Source: Hormiphora californensis
Taxonomy: Eukaryota > Animalia > Ctenophora
Reading direction: 5' to 3'
Assembly: GCA_020137815.1 (NCBI GenBank)
Contig: CM035352.1
Coordinates: 9,323,176-9,387,175, forward strand
DNA length: 64,000 nucleotides
Under the pieces are notes generated by a model. The model saw nothing but the letters and a program-made list of their open reading frames with translations, made no database searches and had not been told where the DNA came from. Numbering within the stretch: the first letter of the stretch is position 1; every line of letters starts with the position of its first letter. Made by a program: the position numbers and the translations under genes. This document shows positions 1 to 64,000 of this stretch, piece after piece.

Positions 1-1397
1 TTCTGGTGTTAATGTCGTATTGCCCCACCAACTAATTACTAATTACTAATTACCTCTTCTGGTGTCGATGTCGTGTTGTCTCACCAACTAATTACTAATT
101 ACTAATTACCTCTTCTGGTGTCGATGTCGTATTGTTCCACCAACTAATTACTAATTACTAATTACCTCTTCTGGTGTTGATGTCGTATTGTCCCACCAAC
201 TAATTACTAATTACTAATTACCTCTTCTGGTGTCGATGTCGTATTGTTCCACCAACTAATTACTAATTACTAATTACCTCTTCTGGTGTTGATGTTGTAT
301 TGTCCCACCAACTAATTACTAATTACTAATTACCTCTTCTGGTGTCGATGTTGTATTGTCCCACCTACTAATTACTAATTACTAATTACCTCTTCTGGTG
401 TCGATGTCGTGTTGTCCCACCAACTAATTACTAATTACTAATTACCTCTTCTGGTGTTAATGTCGTATTGCCCCACCAACTAATTACTAATTACTAATTA
501 CCTCTTCTGGTGTCGATGTCGTGTTGTCTCACCAACTAATTACTAATTACTAATTACCTCTTCTGGTGTCGATGTCGTGTTGTCCCACCAACTAATTACT
601 AATTACTAATTACCTCTTCTGGTGTCGATGTCGTATTGTCCCACCAACTAATTACTAATTACTAATTACCTCTTCTGGTGTTGATGTCGTATTGTCCCAC
701 CAACTAATTACTAATTACTAATTACCTCTTCTGGTGTCGATGTCGTATTGTCCCACCAACTAATTACTAATTACTAATTACCTCTTCTGGTGTTGATGTC
801 GTATTGTCCCACCAACTAATTACTAATTACTAATTACCTCTTCTGGTGTCGATGTCGTATTGTCCCACCAACTAATTACTAATTACTAATTACCTCTTCT
901 GGTGTTGATGTCGTATTGTCCCACCAACTAATTACTAAATACTAATTACCTCTTCTGGTGTCGATGTCGTATTGTCCCACCAACTAATTACTAATTACTA
1001 ATTACCTCTTCTGGTGTTGATGTCGTGTTGCCCCACCAACTAATTACTAATTACTAATTACCTCTTCTGGTGTCGATGTAGTATTGCCCCACCAACTAAT
1101 TACTAATTACTAATTACCTCTTCTGGTGTCGATGTAGTATTGTCCCACCAACTAATTACTAATTACTAATTACCTCTTCTGGTGTTGATGTCGTATTGTC
1201 CCACCAACTAATTACTAATTACTAATTACCTCTTCTGGTGTCGATGTCGTATTGTCCCACCAACTAATTACTAATTACTAATTACCTCTTCTGGTGTTGA
1301 TGTCGTGTTGCCCCACCAACTAATTACTAATTACTAATTACCTCTTCTGGTGTCGATGTAGTATTGCCCCACCAACTAATTACTAATTACTAATTAC

Positions 1398-56471
<55,074 letters not shown>

Positions 56472-57556
56472 CCATCTGAATTCGCACATAACTATAAGGA
56501 GCAATGATTAACTTTGTGTGATAAAAACAGAACGACAAAAGAGAAAAAACGCACCACAAAATGAACCAGGCGTTGGGGCGTTTGGGGCACTGCATGGATA
56601 CTACTGAGAGAAATCTTCCTCTCCGCCGACCCTGCTGTATATCTTCCTACGCATATCCGGGTTGGTGATTCTCCCGTTATGTGTAATCCTAGTGTGCTTA
56701 CCAGCTTGCCAAAAGGAAACACATGGCAAATGCAGCATCTCATCAGAGGGTGAGGGCAAATGCAGCACTTGGAGCCAATCACACGGTGAATCCCATGAGA
56801 GGGAGTTGTGCCATTTTCCACCTGGCTATCATTGGTAGACATGTGTGAGTCTCTGAGTAGTGAATTACCCCTCTGTGCGCAAGACGCCCCTGTAATTTAC
56901 AGGGGCGTCTTGCCATTTAAAATGGGTGGTAACCAATCTGAGTAGTGAGTTGACCCGTACAGCCACCTGCAGTGCTACAATCTACTATTAGTACATCCCC
57001 CAGACAACCTCTGAGAAGAAGAGTTGACCCGTTGTTGGGGATCGCTCCAACGAGTCAGAAAAAAAGCTCTTTTCTTTGAAATCACTGGAAGATTTCAGCA
57101 GTTTTGATTTGTCCACTGAAACAGTAACACGTGGGTGGAGATCACGACATGAGTAATGCTACTGGCTAGACATTTGCAGCAAAATTGTCGCAAGATTTTC
57201 CACCAGCCACCTGCACTGTACAGTGTGTTCCGGAACTGTGTTCCCGGGAACTCCAAGAAGATTCCCGGAATGTAAGAACTCTGAGTGCAAGTGGGAATTA
57301 TGCCCACGCACAGAAATAATACGAGAAAATTTCCGATTTCCATGCATACATTCCGATATCCCTCTACCCTTCCCGACCCTTCCAGTTTTCCTCTTATATC
57401 GTTAGCATCCAACTCTATATCGAGTTAGAGACCAACTTCCCTATCTAACCACCCCCACTTTTCAATTTAGCCATGGTTCCGCTATCTAACCACCCCCACT
57501 TTTCAATTTAGCCTTAGTTCTGCGCTATCTAACCACCCCCACTTTTCAATTTAGCC

Positions 57557-60500
57557 ATGGTTCCGCTATCTCCGAGGTTTATGATTGAGCCCGTCATGTT
57601 TCTGGTGATGTTGGTGTATATAATGTGCGTTATTAACTCCTTCGCAATAACTCAGGCAGACGTCTGGTACACTGAGTCTGGAGGCAACGAGACTCTTGTT
57701 AGGTAAATATATGATGCAGACCATTGGTCCCCCTGTGTTTACCCCTATAGTTGCTCACTAGTTGCTCACTTTACCCCTATTATAGTTGCTCACTAGTTGC
57801 TCACTTTACCCCTATTATAGTTGCTCACTAGTTGCTCACTTTACCCCTATAGTTGCTCACTAGTTGCTCACTTTACCCCTATTATAGTTGCTCACTAGTT
57901 GCTCACTTTACCCCTATTATAGTTGCTCACTAGTTGCTCACTTTACCCCTATTATAGTTGCTCACTAGTTGCTCACTTTACCCCTATTATAGTTGCTCAC
58001 TAGTTGCTCACTTTACCCCTATTATAGTTGCTCACTAGTTGCTCACTTTACCCCTATTATAGTTGCTCACTAGTTGCTCACTTTACCCCTATAGTTGCTC
58101 ACTAGTTGCTCACTTTACCCCTATTATAGTTGCTCACTAGTTGCTCACTTTACCCCTATTATAGTTGCTCACTAGTTGCTCACTTTACCCCTATAGTTGC
58201 TCACTAGTTGCTCACTTTACCCCTATAGTTGCTCACTAGTTGCTCACTTTACCCCTATAGTTGCTCACTAGTTGCTCACTTTACCCCTATTATAGTTGCT
58301 CACTAGTTGCTCACTTTACCCCTATTATAGTTGCTCACTAGTTGCTCACTAGTTGCTCACTAGTTGCTCACTTTACCCCTATAGTTGCTCACTAGTTGCT
58401 CACTTTACCCCTATTATAGTTGCTCACTAGTTGCTCACTTTACCCCTATAATTGCTCACTAGTTGCTCACTTTACCCCTATTATAGTTGCTCACTAGTTG
58501 CTCACTTTACCCCTATAGTTGCTCACTAGTTGCTCACTTTACCCCTATAGTTGCTCACTAGTTGCTCACTTTACCCCTATAGTTGCTCACTAGTTGCTCA
58601 CTAGTTGCTCACTTTACCCCTATAGTTGCTCACTAGTTGCTCACTTTACCCCTATTATAGTTGCTCACTAGTTGCTCACTTTACCCCTATTATAGTTGCT
58701 CACTAGTTGCTCACTTTACCCCTATTATAGTTGCTCACTAGTTGCTCACTTTACCCCTATTATAGTTGCTCACTAGTTGCTCACTTTACCCCTATAGTTG
58801 CTCACTAGTTGCTCACTTTACCCCTATAGTTGCTCACTAGTTGCTCACTTTACCCCTATTATAGTTGCTCACTAGTTGCTCACTTTACCCCTATTATAGT
58901 TGCTCACTTTACCCCTATTATAGTTGCTCACTAGTTGCTCACTTTACCCTATTATAGTTGCTCACTAGTTGCTCACTTTACCCCTATTATAGTTGCTCAC
59001 TAGTTGCTCACTTTACCCCTATAGTTGCTCACTAGTTGCTCACTTTACCCCTATAGTTGCTCACTAGTTGCTCACTTTACCCCTATAGTTGCTCACTAGT
59101 TGCTCACTAGTTGCTCACTTTACCCCTATAGTTGCTCACTAGTTGCTCACTTTACCCCTATTATAGTTGCTCACTAGTTGCTCACTTTACCCCTATAATA
59201 GTTGCTCACTAGTTGCTCACTTTACCCCTATAGTTGCTCACTAGTTGCTCACTTTACCCCTATAGTTGCTCACTAGTTGCTCACTTTACCCCTATAGTTG
59301 CTCACTAGTTGCTCACTTTACCCCTATTATAGTTGCTCACTAGTTGCTCACTTTACCCCTATAGTTGCTCACTAGTTGCTCACTTTACCCCTATAATAGT
59401 TGCTCACTAGTTGCTCACTTTACCCCTATAGTTGCTCACTAGTTGCTCACTTTACCCCTATTATAGTTGCTCACTAGTTGCTCACTTTACCCCTATTATA
59501 GTTGCTCACTAGTTGCTCACTTTACCCCTATAGTTGCTCACTAGTTGCTCACTAGTTGCTCACTTTACCCCTATAGTTGCTCACTAGTTGCTCACTTTAC
59601 CCCTATTATAGTTGCTCACTAGTTGCTCACTTTACCCCTATAGTTGCTCACTAGTTGCTCACTAGTTGCTCACTTTACCCCTATAGTTGCTCACTAGTTG
59701 CTCACTAGTTGCTCACTTTACCCCTATAGTTGCTCACTAGTTGCTCACTTTACCCCTATTATAGTTGCTCACTAGTTGCTCACTTTACCCCTATTATAGT
59801 TGCTCACTAGTTGCTCACTTTACCCCTATTATAGTTGCTCACTAGTTGCTCACTTTACCCCTATTATAGTTGCTCACTAGTTGCTCACTTTACCCCTATA
59901 GTTGCTCACTAGTTGCTCACTTTACCCCTATAGTTGCTCACTAGTTGCTCACTTTACCCCTATAGTTGCTCACTAGTTGCTCACTTTACCCCTATAATAG
60001 TTGCTCACTAGTTGCTCACTTTACCCCTATTATAGTTGCTCACTAGTTGCTCACTTTACCCCTATAGTTGCTCACTAGTTGCTCACTTTACCCCTATAGT
60101 TGCTCACTAGTTGCTCACTTTACCCCTATTATAGTTGCTCACTAGTTGCTCACTTTACCCCTATTATAGTTGCTCACTAGTTGCTCACTTTACCCCTATT
60201 ATAGTTGCTCACTAGTTGCTCACTTTACCCCTATAGTTGCTCACTAGTTGCTCACTAGTTGCTCACTTTACCCCTATAGTTGCTCACTAGTTGCTCACTT
60301 TACCCCTATAATAGTTGCTCACTAGTTGCTCACTTTACCCCTATTATAGTTGCTCACTAGTTGCTCACTTTACCCCTATTATAGTTGCTCACTAGTTGCT
60401 CACTTTACCCCTATAGTTGCTCACTAGTTGCTCACTTTACCCCTATTATAGTTGCTCACTAGTTGCTCACTTTACCCCTATAGTTGCTCACTAGTTGCTC

Positions 60501-63500
60501 ACTTTACCCCTATTATAGTTGCTCACTAGTTGCTCACTTTACCCCTATAGTTGCTCACTAGTTGCTCACTTTACCCCTATAGTTGCTCACTAGTTGCTCA
60601 CTTTACCCCTATTATAGTTGCTCACTTGTTTATGAGCCCGACATGTGCCATATAACATGTCATAATGTCATATAACTATCAGCGGGTCTATTGGTTATGT
60701 AATAATCACATGTTACCTTCACAATAATAAGCCCACCTTCACCTGCAGGCACTGTCTATACAACAAGAAGGAGAAGATATGCAGTGAATTGATAGAAAAT
60801 AGCACCACGCCTTACAGTGTCTTTAACACCTGGTTAACATTAGAAAATGGTAATACTTCTTGAATCGTTCATACGGGAGCACAGTGTCGGTCGACTTCCT
60901 CAGTTATTCTCCAAACTCTCTACACAAGGTGCTGATACTAACAACTGTATGTTGTTACAGGTTTGGTTGGTATTGTAGTAAACCTTCTCTGTGGGTATCT
61001 CCTAGACAGGTTCCCCCGAACCCTCTTCCTTCATTCCTCAACATTCTCCCTGATATTCATCATGGCGGGTTAGTACGTTACTCCATGTATAATTATATTG
61101 TTATTATCTATTATGCCAAAAACTAAATGAAATTAGTTGGCTGGAAAGGTGACCACTTTTGTTGTCAAACTGACACCTTTGCCGTCTCCGGGTTTTTTTT
61201 TCATCGTCATATCCCTCTCTGATCACTATGATTTCTCTCTCTCTCTCTCTCCTCTCTCTCTCCTCTCTCTCTCGCTCATCTCCATCTCTCTCCCTCTCTC
61301 TCTCTCTCCTCTCTCTCTCTCTCCGTCTCTCTCTCTTCCTCTCTCTCTCTCTCTCTCTCTCGTCTCTCTCACTCTCTCTCTCTCCTCTCTCCTCCTTCTT
61401 CTCTCGTCTCTCTCTTCTCTATCTCTCTCTCTCGTTCTCTCTTTCCCTCTCTTTCCGTAACCCGGTCCGGGCAAGGTGTCAGTTTTGACAACAAAAGTGG
61501 TCACCTTTCCAGCCAACAATTTCCATTTATTTTTTTTTTTGGCATAATTTTAGGTTCATTTTGTGGTATTTTTGATGTAAAATATGATGTTAGACATGTC
61601 TGGACGTAGCAGAACTTGTAAAGACCGTCAGGAATCGCTAAAGTACGGAAATTTCAATTTTGAAGTCATTATGACGTCATAGCGTGACGTCATGACGTTA
61701 TAACGTCATGCTAGTGAAAAAATTATTATCAGGCTCATCTAGATAAAGATGCTGACTAAGTTTGAGATCGATTGGACAAGATTTGACGTCGCTATGGCGA
61801 AAAACGCACTATCGTCATATCTATTTTATACAGTCTTAAAAACTTCAGACGCGATTTAAGACCCTTGGAAATAGAGTTTCAACAAATTCGCGATATAGTT
61901 TCTGAAAGTTTAGACGATTATCTTTCATAAGTGTGGTCTCCATTTTTCAATCAGAAGCCGTCTTCAGGGTGTAAATTGAGCTCAAAGAAGTTGGTTGATT
62001 TTGAAAATGTCTTAACTTTATGACAGTTTTTTAGGACGTTCTGGTTGGACCTAGAACATGAAAAACCGTCCAATAACAACAATTCAAACGATTATCTTTC
62101 GAATGCAACAAACGAGAAGTGTCTACCTCTTGTAGTTTTTCCAGAAAATTGTCTGCAAATTGTGTAAAAAAGCGTCTATCTATATATATATGGATGTATA
62201 TATAGACCCGTGACATTTATTGCTTTTTTCACCATATCATAACTCTAAAACTAAAAGAGATAGAGACTTGATCTTTTGAACTCCAGTAGATCTAGTCTAC
62301 GTGACACTGTATACCAAATTTCAGACCGATTGGTGCAGTGGGGGCCTCGCTATGGGCGTCGCAAAATGCCATTTTTGGCTAAAAACTGAAAAAACTTATT
62401 ACTGCTTTCTGGCACACGCGGCTGGGGGGTGGTGGTCACCTTTGCGCTTGCCAGCGCAGTGATAATAGTTGTATTATAGTGCTAAATTGTAATTGTTATT
62501 ACCTATATAGTGTATCCAATCTAATAGTTCACCTCTCTCTACAATTAGTACAGCTCTTCAATTCCTTCAGTCCTATCGATGCCCATATGGACATATTTCA
62601 TCACCAACATCATTGCCTACTTGGGCGGATCTTTTGGAGTCTTCATGTCGTAAGTATTGGGTAGTACTGGCTAGTATTGGGTGGTATTGGGTAGTATTGG
62701 GTAGTATTGGGTGGTATTGGGTAGTATTGGGTAGTATTGGGTAGTATTGGGTGGTATTGGGTGGTATTGGGTGGTATTGGGTAGTATTGGGTAGTATTGG
62801 GTAGTATTGGGTAGTATTGGGTAGTATTGGGTGGTATTGGGTAGTGTTGGGCAGTGTTGGGCAGTATTGGATAGTATTGGGTAGTATTGGATAATATTGG
62901 GTAGTATTGGGTAGTATTGGATAGTATTGGATAGTATTGGGTAGTATTGGGTAGTATTGGGTGGTATTGGCTAGTGTTGGGCAGTATTGGATAGTATTGG
63001 CTAGTATTGGATAATATTGGGTAGTATTGGGTAGTATTGGATAGTATTGGGTAGTGTTGGGTAGTATTGGGTAGTGTTGGGTAGTGTTGGGTAGTATTGG
63101 GTGGTATTGGGTGGTATTGGGTGGTATTGGGTAGTGTTGGGTAGTATTGGGTGGTATTGGGCAGTATTGGATAGTATTGGGTGGTGTTGGGTAGTATTGG
63201 GTAGTATTGGGTAGTATTGGGTAGTATTGGGTAAAGTATTGGGTGGTATTGGGCAGTATTGGATAGTATTGGGTGGTATTGGGTAGTATTGGGGAGTATT
63301 GGGTAGTATTGGGTAGTATTGGGTAGTGTTGGGTAGTGTTGGGCAGTATTGGATAGTATTGGGTAGTATTGGGTGGTGTTGGGTAGTATTGGGTGGTATT
63401 GGGTAGTATTGGGTGGTATTGGGTAGTATTGGGTAGTATTGGATAGTATTGGGTAGTGTTGGGTAGTATTGGGTAGTATTGGGTAGTGTTGGGTAGTATT

Positions 63501-63965
63501 GGGTAGGTTGGGTAGTGTTTAATGGATGTTCTGTATAATTTTATTACATTTACCCCACGACCTCGACCCCCCACCCCCATCACTCCCTCTTAGCAGTACA
63601 GCCATTACTAAATACCATGATACCACTGAAAGGCAGTCTATGAACAATCGTATACCTTTCAATAACTGTAACATCCAACTCCCTGCACTACTATAATCCA
63701 CACTCGCTACATCCCCCCTCGCCCCTCCTTTGCCCCTCTCTGTGTCCCGGGTAAAGGCAATGAACATATAACGACCTCTATAACCTACTTTCAGATCCTC
63801 CTTCGCCTACGTAGCGGATGTCCGGACAAGAAAAGTAGAACAACAAGGATCGTGATAGCCGACAGTATGATACAGCTTGGCGCTATGTTTGCAGTACTAT
63901 TCGCTGGGGAACTTATGGCACACTCAACTTGGTATTCATCACCTCTTGCTGGACTTTGTATTGTG
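57557..63965 (+). CDS. MFS transporter, SLC46/PCFT-like; 3'-partial, apparent frameshift in exon 5
   Basis: Exons 57557-57702 (FMIEPVMFLVML), 60749-60849, 60961-61068 (MFS motif A-like GYLLDRFPR), 62571-62649 (MPIWTYF..LGGSFG), 63795-63965 (FAYVAD / SRTTRIVIAD). Phases match except for a shift near 63820. Confidence 0.75.
57738..60626. repeat. 32-35-bp satellite filling intron 1 of the SLC46-like gene; the unit resembles a 3' splice site
   Basis: (GTTGCTCACTAGTTGCTCACTTTACCCCTAT[TAT]A)n, roughly 85 copies. Confidence 0.95.
61110..62465 (+). mobile_element. Helentron/DINE-1-like non-autonomous element, copy 2
   Basis: Same 5' end (GCCAAAAACTAA..GGAAAGGTGACC), CT-rich microsatellite, inverted repeat and identical 3' terminal hairpin as 9621-11155. 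Confidence 0.65.
62650..63517. repeat. 10-bp tandem repeat starting exactly at a splice donor
   Basis: GTAAGTATTGG followed by (GTAGTATTGG)n. Confidence 0.92.
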
Positions 63966-64000
63966 GTATGTGATGTTTCTCTCTCTCTCTCCTTCACATC

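Noticed and set aside
62573-63583. 336-aa YYPILPNTTQ repeat ORF (also 2914-3264, 29169-29825, 41775-42140 and the Pro/Gly-rich ORFs at 50960-51550)
   Set aside because: Translations of simple intronic repeats or low-complexity tracts.

Overview
Eukaryotic, intron-rich animal DNA, most likely a ctenophore (Pleurobrachia-like). That call is an inference from recalled MITE-derived peptides and domain types, not a database result. No prokaryotic features, CRISPR arrays or intact transposases were found. Most of the window is one giant minus-strand gene (probable start ~56471, running off the left edge). I traced about 68 GT-AG exons by hand with consistent intron phases, giving >2,800 aa of a secreted mosaic lectin-like protein: PAN-like, galectin-like, WSC, kringle, F-type lectin/F5-8C, Cys-rich, sushi, ricin-B-like and Ig-like modules. 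Three things stand out. (1) Russian-doll exon organisation: one kringle is split by a 12-kb interval holding a second same-strand exon track that ends in a stop, and an F-type lectin domain of that track is itself split by a third track of two complete domains. (2) A 4.3-kb TIR transposon sits inside a kringle exon; its TIRs supply a GT donor and an AG acceptor that would splice it out in frame (+3 aa), like an introner. (3) Many intronic satellites are tandem amplifications of splice donors, acceptors or branch points at exon edges. On the plus strand, a divergently transcribed SLC46-like MFS transporter starts at 57557 and has an apparent frameshift. Introns are packed with MITEs, foldback elements, Helentron/DINE-like elements and a tRNA-derived SINE. 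Most long ORFs in the supplied track are repeat artefacts.
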